A DNA stretch of 64,000 nt from Tubiluchus corallicola (taxonomy: Eukaryota; Animalia; Priapulida). Of this stretch, positions 43,264 through 58,200 are shown piece by piece. The translations under genes and the position numbers were made by a program. The stretch is taken from NCBI GenBank assembly GCA_030141605.1, contig JAQGDQ010000505.1, positions 1 to 64,000 of the forward strand. Direction: 5' to 3'. The first letter of the stretch is position 1. Each line of letters begins with the position of its first letter. The notes below the pieces were generated by a model. The model did not search any database. It was not told the DNA's origin and saw only the letters and a program-made list of their open reading frames with translations.

Positions 43264-46200
43264 CCTTCTCTCTGTCTCTCTTTCTCCAAAATTGTTTCTA
43301 TATATAAATTACAAATCATTTATAAGTACAGAAAATAATTTATAAATCACAATGCTGGTCATACAACTCATCTAAAAACGAAAAAAATCTAAAATCCAAA
43401 AAATTAGTTCTAAATCTTCAGAAGATAAAACAATTATACAGCTTAATGCATTCAAAATATTACCTTACCCCCTTAATGGATTCAAAGCCAATTGGGTTGC
43501 TAATAGTTCAAAAAAGGAAGCCTTTTTATCAAATTTCCTCCTCTCTACGTCATCCAGAATTTCCTTTGCAAAGTGGGTGTACTGATCTAGCATTCTAAAG
43601 TTTTTTCGCCGGGAAAGTACGCTGTAGAAGTCACTGACCACGGAACGTACAGCTGAAGAAAACGTATACGGTCATTATTGTGAAAGTAGTAACATTAGTC
43701 ACGTGTATCTTTAGCAGTTTATTAAACATTTATTTACATAGTAAATGTAAAACATACATTTCACTATTGTAAACTGTAACATGAATGGTTTCACATTTTC
43801 CTCACTAATCTTAAAACAATTTCATCTTTCATTGTCTTCACATTGTACAGTCAGTGAATGTTGTCAGAAGTTTAAAAACTCACCATCTGTTCTTGTATAA
43901 ACATCTTTAGCTATTTGAACAAAAGATGCCAAGCTGCTGTAGTAGTGTTTCCTTTCTTCTTCAAGTTTCTCGTAATCTTTTATTTTCTTACAAGATATAA
44001 GATGTAATTTCTTTTGTAAATATATTACTAAAAAGTGCAAAACAAAGTCAAAGAAGAAGACTGATATAACAATAAAATAATGGAAAAATGCAGGAGAAGA
44101 AAAGAAATTCATAACAAATTATATCTAGTGACTTCAAGAGAATGCACAGGCGGAGTGGTATTTATCCAGTTAAAGTGGTTATTAAATCTAAGCTTGCATA
44201 ACAAAATCATCCGTAAGTCGGCAATTAAGTTTTTGTAGAAATTCACATATTCTGAATCTCTATTTCATGAGGATCATTTTGATACCAAACTCATTGCTCT
44301 AAGCTGTTATTTCTAAGTGAGATAATCCACAATGAAGTTGCAGGCTATGCACTGAAAAACATAACCTTGAGAAAATCGCTATTAACGTTAGCCATTGTTT
44401 TTTGTCGCGTTTCTACAAAACACTTAGCAACCGCACAAATTTTGGTTGCTACGGACTTTGCAAGAACACATTGAAGTTATGTCTAAATCCAGTACGTAGC
44501 TCTTCCTGACGAAGGTCTGGACTTGGCAGCAAAAAAACCCTAAGCAAAATGACTGCTTCCACGACCTACTATAGGAGTCTGAACATACGAGTTTTTGACA
44601 ATTGTAGTACTAGTTTCTAGTCAGAATAGTGGGTAGGGGGTTAAAAAATTAAATTTTTAGTATTTTTTGAAAATTTTCTTATAATTTGAAGCTAGAATAT
44701 AAAAGCCTAATACATTTACCATTTGCTTTTATAAAAACCAAAATTTTCATGCATTTTACATTGAGACATCATAACATAGTTTTCACTACGCTGACTTGCG
44801 GAAGGTTTTGGTTTGCAAGCACACAAATACAAAATATATCTTTTTTTTGCCTAACCATAAAATAAATGATACACAAAATTACTTCACAACAGAAAAAAGA
44901 ATAAGCATGAAACTATATAGCTCATACACAATTTTATATGCACCAAAAAAATTTAACGTGAGAAGTCTTCAAAAATCGAGTAACTCTTAGTCCAAAAAAC
45001 TCACTATTTCAGCCCTCTGTTCAATTCCAATCAGTTTTGGTTCTGTATTTGAGGCATCCAACATCACAGACAGCAACATTCTCGAAACCTCTTCAGTTCC
45101 TGTGTCACGTTTCACCTTATAAGCAAAAAACACATTTACGGAATATTTTCAGCAAGAATAAAAAGTAGAAGTGGTATGTATACACATCTCAGTGTAAATA
45201 GTTATTATGCTTCATATAAAAAGAAACATTTACTATAAAAGTCATTGTAGATGCTTAGCAAATTTAATTAAACGTGACAACTGACAGAGCTAAAAATCTA
45301 CTAAATTAAATCAAATTAAATCAAATCAAATCTACCAATTTTATACTAGCAGCAATCAAATATTCAGTCAATATTTTCGTACTTCCTTCAAAAAATTTAT
45401 AAAAACCTTTAGTCCACAACATTTGTAGAATTATTTGAAATTTCTCAAGCGATTTTGTATATCTGTTATGATCTGTGCTTTTTTTCTGCAATAACAACAG
45501 TCTGCTGATTACAATATGAAGACAGTGATACATGGAAGAAGTTTACCAAGAGCAAAATCTGCAGGCATGGTACCGTGTGTTCAGACTAACGTGTTTGATT
45601 AATTAAGTGGCAGGTAAAAATATTCAAATTTGATTTCATTATTTTTCTTCTTCCCAAATAAATGGTTTTAACAAGCAAATAGAGTGACTGGGCTTTCAAT
45701 TTAACAAATACATCGTTATATGTGTGCTTGCATAACAAAACCGTCCATAAGACTACGTTAAAACTGCATTATGATGCTTCAAAGTAGAATGACCCAAAAA
45801 TTTGGTCAACTGTCAATTTTTCGTATTTTGCAAAAACCAACTCTAAATATATTGGACTTTCATATTCTAGCATCAAATTATCAAGAAAGTGTTCAAAAAC
45901 ACTCAAAATTTAATTTTATAACTCCTTACTCACTTTTCTGTCTAGAAACTAGTACTGCAATTCTAAAAAACTCATTTTCAAACTCTGATAGTACCACGTG
46001 GGAGCACTCATTTTGTTTCATTTTTTTGTGTTGACAAACCCAAACCTTCCGTCAGGAAGAGCCACCTAAACATAACTTCAAGGTGCTTTTGTGAAGTCCA
46101 TAACAACCATACTTTCGTATAGTTGCTAAGTATTTTGTAGAGACGCGACGAAAAACAATGACGGACTTTAACAACTATTTTCTCAAGATTATGTTCTTCA

Positions 46201-49200
46201 CTGCATAGTCTGCACCTCAACTTCAACGTGGATTATCTCAGATGAGAAATAACATAGAGCGATGAGCTTGGTATCAAAATGATCCTCATGAAATGAAAAT
46301 TCAGGACATGTGAATAACTAGAAAAGCTTAATTGCCGACTTATGGACGATTTTGTTATGCAAGCACACATATAAACTATTTTACCTGGTAAAATTACAGC
46401 AAGTTTCGTGAAGAGGTATCATACGATCATTTTTAAGCATATTAATTAAATGGTACTTTGAAAATACGACGGCAAATAGCACTGCAAACGAAAGTCCCTA
46501 ATACAAGTTTCTTACACAGATTTAACTGTCAACGTGATCTCCAACTTCTGAATAACACAATTGTCAATAATCTTAACGAACTTTAATGGTGCAAGATGAC
46601 AAGTCGTGATAGCGCTTTCACTATACAAATTAGCAACAGCAAAAGAATATGATGATAGTAAGTAGCAACCTCACACTTGTCTGAAAAATGACTCAACAAA
46701 GATGCAAACACTAAACTAATACATACTGCTTTTCTCCTAGCATTCCTCCCAGGCAACACCCCAACAATGATTGCCTGTCTCTATGGCAACAAACAAAACA
46801 AAGCACATTAAAACAAAAAATATTATTATGAGTCACAAAACAAAAATGCATATGATTTTAACATGCCAGTACAGAGTCTCTCATAGAAGCTTTAACTTTT
46901 GGGGGCTCTGCAACATGCCACATATAATTACGACTAATGGAATAAGCTGCAGTATTCTTCCACCAAATAATTTATTAACGTTTGTCTGACTATTGTTGAC
47001 ATATTGTAAAATTATTTTGTTATTATATTTAACAGTATTGTAAACTGTAAGTTTAATTTGCTTGACTATAATTATGTCATGTTTTGGTGAAGCAGTTTGG
47101 TTTGAGGCAGTCTAACTAGCTCAAAGATTGCGAGCATTATATGTGTTTACTGTAGTAAGAGTTGGACGCCTTGCTAGTCTGCTTGTCAAACCACGAAAAA
47201 GTTCTTGCTAACAATATATTCATTAAAATGTTTGAAATTTCCAAGCATGCCAATATGAAATATCATCCCTGTAAAAATTGTTTCAGAGGCATTCTAATAA
47301 TGTTATGGAGTTCAACAAATAATCTTATTACACAAAGATTCGTTCATCATCACTATCTTTGTATGCATGATGATTTGCATAGCTCAAACCTATGCAAAAA
47401 ATACAAATACGTGTATAGCAAAACAATATCAGGTTTCATTGAATGATAACATAATAACTATCTCTACATATTATAAACCCAAATTTCCACTTTTTTCAAA
47501 CAATCTATTAAAAACTTGAAGCTGTACATATACCTTTAGCTGTTCAATTTGCCTTATTATAGCCTTTAGATAAGCCCCAAGTAACTGAGGCCAATCAGCT
47601 AGGATATTCTGTGTATCTTCACCAATGCTTCTTAACACGTCCAGATCTCCTAGCAATGACTCTTCGCACGAAGTGCATTCTGCGAAATACATTTGAAAGT
47701 TAGAAAATGCACACTTTGCCTAGTGATGACTTTGAAAGAAATGTTTAAACGGAATGTAAATGCTGACTTACCAACACCGAAACATTCAACCGATGGGGAA
47801 GTATTCGTGGCATAAAACGACGAGCAGTAATCGCATCGCCTGCCAAATGTATTAGGCTTACAATCACAATGACCCGTCTGTGCATCACAAGACTTGCCAA
47901 GAGAACCTTCCGGATCACAACCACATACTACAGGAATAAAAGATATTTTAAACAGCTTATGATTATATCTTCTTGCCATTGTTTTTGCTGTGTAGAGAAT
48001 ACTGGAATGGGAGCAATGGGACAACAATGACACTGGTCACACCATAGATCTTCCATTTTTAAATAACATAATAATTATTGAAGATGCACAATCAAACAAC
48101 CTTTGAAATGTATTTTCACAACAACACAACAAAAATAGTAAAATATATAAATGCCCAACAACAATTATCACAACAGGCAAAATTTTATCATAAAAGGCAA
48201 AAAAATCAACAATTTAAAGAGTTGAAAGATTTTAGATAATTTTAAGTACTATGGTAATGCCAATGATAAAATTTTCTGACGGACCTTGTTTTTAATAAGC
48301 ATAATAATAATCATGAAATCTCCTAGTCACTGAGCATTAAAATTCATATGATAACTATGCAATCTTGTCAGTCAGAGAGTACTGAATTGCAGAATGCAAA
48401 AAACGCAAGTTTTAACCATGCATAGACATGAATACATGAAAGAGCCAGTTTCTAGGAATCACCACATTTATTGAGCGACGGTAGTTTTGACTGTATAGCC
48501 TTTATCAAACTAAAATCAAATTGATTTATAACTTGATGATGGCTATAGTAGCCGAGACTCGATAAACATGGTCATACATAGACAATTTGGAAAGTTCCAG
48601 TAGCCAGCAGCACAACGATCACATCTTCGTCCATTGACATGGACCAAGCAGGGACACTGTCCTCCATCAGATTCACAGATATGACTTGACGAACCATCCA
48701 GATCACAATCACACACTGAAAAATGGATCACAATAAAAAAATCATTTAATACATATATTTAATACATATATAATACACATATCATACAATACATATCATT
48801 TAAACTTTGCTAAGCTTGTACTTAACAATTTTCAAGAATGTAAATCACACATTTACCAGCTTACTCGAGTTTACTATGAATTTTGCAAATTTGAAACACA
48901 TGCAGAAAAAGTTCATATTCATCACCTAACAATGACCACACAAAAATATTAAAACAACAGCTATGTAACTAGAAAGACAACTTAATGGCAATTTGCCATT
49001 GTTGTCAAACTTAGCTCATTACAGATGTTTAACAACACTTAGTGTGTCAATTCGCACTGTGTACAAAATGTTATGAGAAGTTTCTTTGGCTGACTAACTA
49101 ACAAACACTGATGACACATATCCTTACCATACTTATTATTCATCCCAATTTACTTAAAACAGTCGAAGATTTTTAAGCCTTATTTTGGCAATCCTGTCAC

Positions 49201-52200
49201 TCCACAGTTTATTTTTCTTAATTTTATAATTATGTATATTTTTAAAGGATATAGAGGGAACACTTCAAGTTATTCAACAAAACAACTGGCAATACAACAG
49301 CTAATCAACCTGCATAGACAGCAACTACAGCAGAAACAAGCCAGGAGCAGGGCCGGATTATCTTATAGGCTAGTATAGGTTGTAGCCCAGGGCCCCTCAA
49401 GCTTGGGTGCCCTAAACATTTAACATTTGATAACAATTCGATTTTTCACTACGGTTGTGTTGAAATGTGTGCTAATTTCGTTTGCAATAAACAGTAAAAT
49501 AGTGGCATTTTAAAAAAAAAAATTTTACCGACAAACAAAAGATAGGCAGTCTAGTTTATTTAAAGAATTCGTAATAAGTTTACTTCGAGCTATGTAAATG
49601 TCGATAAAATATTAGTAAACAAAAATCAATGTGGATACAGACGAGTTAGAGGGTGGCTCCGTCTGATGGGCCCCATAATTTCATTAGGCTAGAGGCCCCA
49701 ATAGGTCATAATCCGGCCCTGGCTCGGAGGCTATAATAATAATTAATTTTGAAAGAACATCGTTGTTTGTGTCGTACAAGCGTTATGATTTAAAAACCAT
49801 GAGTGTAAAGTTAACTATTAAACTTAGTTAACATAGACTTTAAAATAAAGTGAAATACTTGACGTGCAGCACTGCAGGTCAGTCTGTGATATGTTCTCTG
49901 GTCTGTAATAACCCTCAGCACAGGCTTCACAATGTGGACCTACTGTGTTATCCTAACAAAAAAAGGAGTTTTGTGTAACAACATTATCTAATTAAACAGT
50001 CCATACCATAAGTTTAAAACTCTTGAGATTTGCTTAAAAAATACAGATTTGGATTAATTATAAATTGACAATCTAAGATTGTAACATTATTAACCCGAGA
50101 AAAATGTCTAAAATGCAAGACAAGCCAAAGAAAATATGATTATTCAAAACCTGCTGCCCAGAACTTCATAAAAAATGAGCAAAACCCCTCACCTCGCATT
50201 TTAAACACACTCCCGTGTCATTGTCATCACCATCATCTGGGTCCGACCACTGTTTCATCACAAATGTTTCGGGTGTGATGCTACGTGTTATAAACTCACT
50301 AACTGAGGAAGACGTAGTTACAGTTGATGACCATGGTTTCATTGTAAAGGTCTGAGGCTTCGTACTACGTGTCACAAACTCATTAGCTGAGGAAGACATG
50401 GTTTCCACTGACGACCAGGTAGTAGCAGCTGTGGTATCATATTCCATGGGTACTCCAACGCATTCCATTGAGTGATTGTTACAGTTGCACTCTAGATTAT
50501 AATTTTGCAACGTTGAATTTATCTTTAAGTGATATACCGGTATGATATACATCAGCTAGATGTGGTTCTAACAAAATGTACTGCTAATAAGTTCACAACG
50601 ACAATAATTCAATTGTCTTCATTGAAAACAGGCAACAATGCTCTTATACACCAATAAGTAACTTAAATATTTGATTCCCCAAAGCAACAAAACTTTTAGC
50701 AAAGAATCTGTCCTTTCCATTAGACATGCTGTGAGAAAAATGGACAGACTACAATTAAAATCTCACGCATTAAAGATTTTGTGTAATACAAAGTACACAG
50801 TTGATTACAGCGTGTTTTACTGCCTCTCTCACTGGCAATGCTGTTATTACATTATTATCTTCTAGCACACACCGAAGCATTTTGATTGCTTGACTGCACA
50901 CAATTGATTTTTCAGTGTGGCAAATTTTTGTCATGTGTTATATGCCTATCACTTTCTATAGGGATTAAACTATATAAATTTTCTCTATACATAATTTGTG
51001 TGCTCGCATAGCAAAATCGTCTATAAGTTGGCAATTAAGTTTTTCTAGTTATTCACATATCCTGAATCTCCACTTCATGAGGATCATTTTTATAGCAAGC
51101 TCATCACTCTATGTTATTTCTAAGAAGAGATAATCCACGTTGAAGTTGATGTGCAGGTTATGCACTGAAAAACATAACCTTGAGAAAATCACTGTTAAAG
51201 TTAACCATTGTTTTTTTCGCATCTCTGAAAAACACTTAGCAACCATACGAAAGTGTGGTTGCTATGGACTTTACAAGAGCATGCTGAAGCTACGTTTAAA
51301 TCCAGTAGATGGCTCTTCCTGACAAAGATTTGGCCTTGCAAAAGAAAAAACCCAAAACAAAATGACAACTTCCTGGAGCTACAATTGTATTTGAAAATAG
51401 GATTTTTTTACAATTGCATTACTAGTTTCTAGACACAAAAATGGGTAAGGAGTTATTTGAACACTTTCTTGATAATTTGATGCCAGAATATGAAAACCCA
51501 ATATATTTAGCATTTGTTTTCATAAAAAATGAAAAATCGACATTTGACCACATTTTTGGTGCTTTCTACTTGGAAGCATCATATCGTAGTTTTAACTATG
51601 CCAACTTATGGTCGGTCTTGGTTTGCAAGCACACATATATTTCTGTGTAATTGAGTTATTTATATTATACATGCATATATAATGTGCTACCATAGTCATA
51701 TTAAGTATGCTAGCCTAGCAATATTGGAACCTGAACACTGGAACGGCTGCTGTTTGGAACCAGTCTGCATGTAATATCCACGACAACATCCTCCGCAATT
51801 GATGCCACAAGCATTGTTCTCGCATACGCATTGGTACTGTTCCAAAGTCGAATTCCATTCACAGTCTTTGCCGTGCCCATTGCAAATGCAACGTCCGCCA
51901 ATTTCAATTTCGCGAATACTGTAATAATACTGCAAAAGCGAGTTGTAAGTATTAAGGCAGTCTTAACTGCGCTTCTTGGCAATATTGCAAGATACAATTT
52001 ATGAGATACCAATATTTATAATTATTAAAGCATAATCGTGAATCTTCTGTTTATGTTATGTGATTACCACATTTGGTTATATTTGTGCTGCTTGATGATG
52101 CCTGCCGTTTTACAAACAAATCGTTCTGATTTTATTAGCTTCAGCCATAGCAATGAAAGTAATTTCGCACGAGATAAGTAGCATGCAAATATAATTTACG

Positions 52201-55200
52201 CACTTGCATGATTAAGTCTGTGTTATAAGTATCCTCTAGTCACAAATTATATAGAAGTGAGATTAACATAGCATGGGATTTTTTATAATCTTCATCATAA
52301 AAAAAGCAAATCAAATGGCATGATCGTGAAAAGGTCAAAGGTTAAATGCACCAGACAACGCACTTGTGTACACATGACAATGCCTCGCAGCCCATGCTAT
52401 TGTAATTGTAACAGTTTTAACAGCTAGCTAGAACCCTAACTAGTTCCTTTTTTCTTGTTCCAAGCAAGATACTGCTAGTATATCACTCTACATATAGACC
52501 AGCGCATAATTAAGTAAAGTGCATGTAAAACAATTCGAGTTACTAAACTGATGTGGCAACCGGCTTTGCTTTACCCACATGTCACGTGACTGTTGTAGTT
52601 AAGAAGTGTTGCTGTGGTACACTTAAGCTTTGATCTAAAGCAACTGCACGTGCACACATAGAAACTGTGAAAAGGCATATTAAACAGCATCTACATTCTC
52701 ACCCTGTTCCTAACATCGCTAGCTTCTCGTGGTCCAATTTTATCACCACCCAAAGTGTGAAGTTCATGAAAGCGAAAACGAACATTAGTAGCCTTCGTCC
52801 ATTCCTACAGTTATAATATTTGCAAACATTTTACATCAATAAACTCTACATAGTGGTACCACTCTTTAAACTTTGGTATAGTACAGTGAGGAATTGACCT
52901 CCTCCTCATGCAGGGAGTATGCTACTCCTTGGCTATTTTTCTTACTTACGAACACAATTCATCAGACTTTGGCACATTTCAACGCGAGAACGCATGGCAA
53001 AATTCCTCATAAGTAATTCTGCTGCAAGCTAGGAGCTATGCATCCTCCTCGTGAGGAATTTTGTTCCATTTTCATGAGGAATCCACAAGGAATTCAGTCT
53101 TAATTTAACTACATAATTACTTCTTTCTTACTTGACAAACAACAACACATTTCAGTACAAAATTCTAAAATTAAATTTCTCCTTTAACAGACTGACAATT
53201 TTATTAATACAACATCAATGGCTATATTCGTGAAAAAATCACGCATACATTTGTTTTATATATGTATATTTTCAAATTTTGAACTTAAAGGAAAACAGGA
53301 GATTGTGTAAACATTGGTTCAGAATAAAGAATGCTCTAAAATATTGAAAACTACAATAGTTTTTCTTAAATCAAAGCTTACATTAAATAAAAATTACCAA
53401 ATTTTGTTAAATTTTTAAAGCTGTGCACGGCTCAGTGATACCAAGATTGGCACCTTTTGACACATTCGCGTGGCCAACAAATAGAAGGCAGTACCATGAT
53501 AACCATGATCACGAAACGTTAGTTTCTGACGTCATGTGACGTAGAGAGTATTTTCGTGACATCACGTGTTTAAGCAGTAAGAACTTACGCAAGTGTGTTT
53601 GAGTGTTTGACGCACAAGGGAAGATGCATGCCATTGCACAAACTGTGGTTAGTTTCTGATGTAAGCAATAGCTGTGTTCGGTTACCATTAATTAACTTTC
53701 TAAGCTAATTATAAGAAGCTAATTGCTAACATTTAAAAAATGTATGTTCTGGGGAGTAAATTAAAATGAGACTGAGTCTAACGAATCGATTGATTTTCCT
53801 TTAACAGGTCTGACATTACATTGACTAACATTATTAATTGTGCTTTGTATATGAGAAATACAGCAAATATAACTTAATTTTAAACATTGTTATACAGCAT
53901 AAAACTCGCAAAGCAGCTGCAGCTAACTGAACTTTCTTGCTGCATGGAATTTTGAGAAAAATCGGAAGTTATGAGAAAATTTTCTGATTTTCTGACAGCA
54001 ATTCCTTGTGCCTTTTTCCTTTGCGTCCTCACTGTGAAATGAGCCTTACTTTAAAAAAAACTGTGGAAGGCCGAAAACAAGTAGTTACTACACATTTGCA
54101 AGTAGTTGCTACACAATAAATATTGCATGCCACAATCTTGGTGCATAATTAATTTTAAAAGGATTCTAAAATTTATATTCTAAATATGTCTAAAACTGTA
54201 GGAGTGTTTACCTGCAACTGAACACTCCAGTCAAAGTATAATGAGCTTGGCCGTCCATTTATCAAGCTAATAATGATCTGTAAAAAAACATTTGTAATTG
54301 GTTGTCTGTAGTGGACTCACAACAAATGCAGCCATGAAGTGTTCAATTTACAGAAAAATCGGACGATTGTTAGTTTAAAATAAAGTATGCCCTAAAATAT
54401 TGAAAACTACAACAGTTTTTTTTAAATCAAAGCTTACATTAAACAATAATTACATCGGATAGTAAAATTTTGTTAAACTTTCAAAACTACACGTGGCTCA
54501 GCGAATCAACTAAGACTGGCAATGGCGCCTTTTTGTCACATTCAAGTGGCTGACAAATAGGCGAGGTACAGCGATAAGCAAGATGGTGAACTGCAGTGTT
54601 CATCTGCTCACTATGACGTCAGTGTGATGTAGAGCTCATTTTCTTGACATCACATCAGTGTCTTATAGCAATCTTTGCTTACGCAAATGTGCTTGATGCG
54701 CAGGGAAAAGGCCTAACATTGCACAAGCTCTTTTTAGTTTGTGACTTCAGCGATAACTCTGTTTGGTTGCCGTTAATTAATGTTCTGAGGTAATTATTCA
54801 AATATTAGAAACAATTGCTAACTTTATAAGCAAGAAAATGTATATTTTGCACCGTAAATTAAAATGACATTAAGTCTAAACAATAGTCCAGTTTTCTTTT
54901 AAATAGCAAACCACTGTACTTTCAGTAAAAATGCTTCATCAAAAACAGCTTCTTGGCAGATTAAAATCCTGTAAGCATTTTCAGCAACTACCAACTATTT
55001 AATTTTGTCTTATAGATAAGGTCTTGATGGCTAAAGCCTCAAAAGCTATTTGTCCATACAACACTTGTAAACATTTGCTGAGCACAAATAAAAAACTTTT
55101 TCCGTCAAAATATGTAAAATAATTATGATCACATTTCTAAAGCAAAAAACTTTAAGCTACCTTAAAGTAACTTAGGTACAGATGAGCAACATAGGCTCAA

Positions 55201-58200
55201 AGTGCACTATAGGATATATGAAATGATGTCAAAATGTGCACTGGATAGAGTGGCAAGATAACAAAAAAAAATTTGCACATGTATTTTACTTTTTAAATTA
55301 CACTTCAAGGGTATACACAGAGTAAAACAAGTAGCAAATTATAATATTTCGACTAAGAAGGCATACCTCACTATCTTCAAATGGAACAATACTTGAAAAC
55401 TGTGTTGTGCACAAAACATCATTATTATGTGCAGGAAACTCCTTTGGCTCAACTCCATATATCCATGGGCAGTCCACATCTTTTTTAACAAAATACTGCC
55501 ATGAAGAATAAGTCCTCCCATGGTCCACAGACTTTTCTAATACCCAAGTCTTTGGTTTGGGAGAATTTGCCATGCTAATTTTTATGTATGCAACATAAAA
55601 TGCCTATACAATACAGACAGATAATAAATTCTAATTGAATGACACAGCAGTGATGGGGTTAAAAATCGCCATGTATTTTGTAGCTTGAATATGTTTTGGT
55701 CAAAACAGCATAAGTTTGTGTAAAAGTGTTTGTATATGTTTAAAGTTAGTGCAAATCCAGCACAATTTGAATCAGTATTGCCACGCAAAATGAAAATTAA
55801 TGTTTTAGTGTAGACTAAGGTTTGAACACAAAACATTTAGCTGGTAACATAAAACAAAGCTGATCTTTAAGGTCAAGGTCAAAGTCAATATAATATGTAC
55901 TACAGTTATTTTGTCCCCGCTTGCACTAACTATGTGCTGAGTTTTATTGGTGTGATATCAGTGAACTTTTCAGGTATAATGCAAAATGTTCTGCACCTAA
56001 CGTGAAACCACCTCACTAATCTTCAGTCAACTACCAGACTAAAGGCAATACCACTGCAACCAAATTTAGCCATAAAAATTTAATGAGAAACAGTGTACTC
56101 AAAATGTAAACCTAAACAGTTCACATACCTGATTTAAGTTAAAAGTTATGTTAACCTCCTGAATGCCCACTTGTGATTGCCACCAGTTATTTGTACCATC
56201 TACTATATTCTCAACAGGATAAGATGCAGTTGTCACATTACTATCACAAATACCACATTTCTGTCCCTGTTTTACAAATGCAAGAAACTTAGTCATCACA
56301 GATTTATTAACACTCTTACACTCTATAAAATGGAATCCAAAAAGCTTAAAAAAAAATTACCAAAAAATTAAAAACCCCTACTCGGCCCGAACTTTCACGC
56401 CTAATCAAAAACTGTGCTCAGTATTGTCAACACACATTCAGCTGATTAGTAAAATCCCCCAACACCTCTCCCTCCACCATTTCATCTTATTTCACCTCAC
56501 TTTCTATCTTTCTATCCTATCTTTCCAATCCTATCTTTCATGCTATCCTATCTATATTTAAAGAGAAGTTGCAGTAAATATGTCACAAATGATAATTAAA
56601 ATAAGTAACAAATATTTATATGCATGTATTTACTATTTGTAGAAAGACATGAAAAAGAAGGTCCTGGACAGTGCTTTATTGGCTGGCGTCTTTTACAACG
56701 TTGAAACCTGGAACTCCAATTTGAGGTATACTATAGTACAAGCAACGTATCTAGAACTGTTGAAGTCTGTTTTATCAGTGAGAGCAAGCACGTGCAACAA
56801 ACTAGTCCAAATAGAAAGTGGATATTCTTCATTTAAAGTATGGCTAACAACACGCCAGATTAATATGTAGTTAAACTGTCTTCTGAACCGGAGAAACATG
56901 AGCCTCTAACGACTGCATTGAATATTAACAGAGCTGTTAACGGGAAGTTATCGAAATGTTTGGAAGAATTACCGAGCAACAAAGCTATTTTTCTAGAAAG
57001 GAGTAAGCAAGAGTTAATTGCATCTATAGAAAGAAGTGATTCCACTAAGCGCGTGACGTATAGATTGCTAAACACAGAATTAAAGACTCCTACAATTCCT
57101 TACGGAACTCTTGATCGGCATCGTATTGCTTTTACAAGGCTTCGTCTGCAGTCACATAACCTTCGAACAGAAGCTAGACGGTGGAGCCGAGAACGTAGAG
57201 AGCACAGATTGTGTGACTCTGGTGCAATACAAACAGAAATCCATATTATTAGTGAATGCCCACTAACAGAACAAGTTATGAATAATTATCGTAACACAAA
57301 CTTCTCAGACTGTGCAGAATTCTTTGAAAATGAGCTATCTTGTATCATTTGTTATGAACTATTACGCAAAGTAGACAGTGATTAACATCGTCTCACTTTC
57401 TTGCTTGACACAGTGGATCTATGTCACTGTACCCGCAAACATTTTGGACCGAAATTTGTTACCTTGCTGGTTGTTACCCGACTAATATAATGTTTATTTG
57501 AGAAAATTTTGGTCAAATCTACTACTACTAGATCTCCAAGAAATTATAAATATAATGTAAAAAATTCAGTGTCACCTTTAAATGAGAAACATTTCAAAAA
57601 AGGCCACAAAAATTACTAGAATCCAAGTGCGCCAATTCTGATGCTGTCCCTCATTTAGCAGGAATATGTAGTTAAAATAGTGTACATTAGAGATACTGGG
57701 TAATATGGTAGGAAGAAGCTACTCGCTCAGGCAAAGCACCATTTCTCATTCCTTGCCAACAGCTGGCGCCACAAGTTCTGTTCTATGCAGCTTTGATATC
57801 CACATTATACAGCTGCTGTATTGCCACGTACCAAAACTATTGTATCTGTGTATTAATAGCAGCTAGGTTAACAGAAAAACGTTGAGGGTTTAAAGGGATA
57901 ACAAGCAAAGTTAATCCTGTAATTAGAAATAGTTTTGATCGCCTCTACAACTCTCCTAATACTGCAGCTAAGAAATTTATTATGAAAGCTAGCCCTACAC
58001 AGAGCAAAATTACAGATAAGGTCAGAAATTAGTAATAGGAAGAACAAGTCATAACTTTAAACAAGATTAACTGCACAAAAGTTACTTCTTTCACTCAGTC
58101 ATTATCAGAATACATTAAACGAGCAGACATCAGTGAATATTTCACGTACCCTGAATAAACCACTGGCAGTCATAAGGCAATACTGTTCGCGTGCCTTCAT

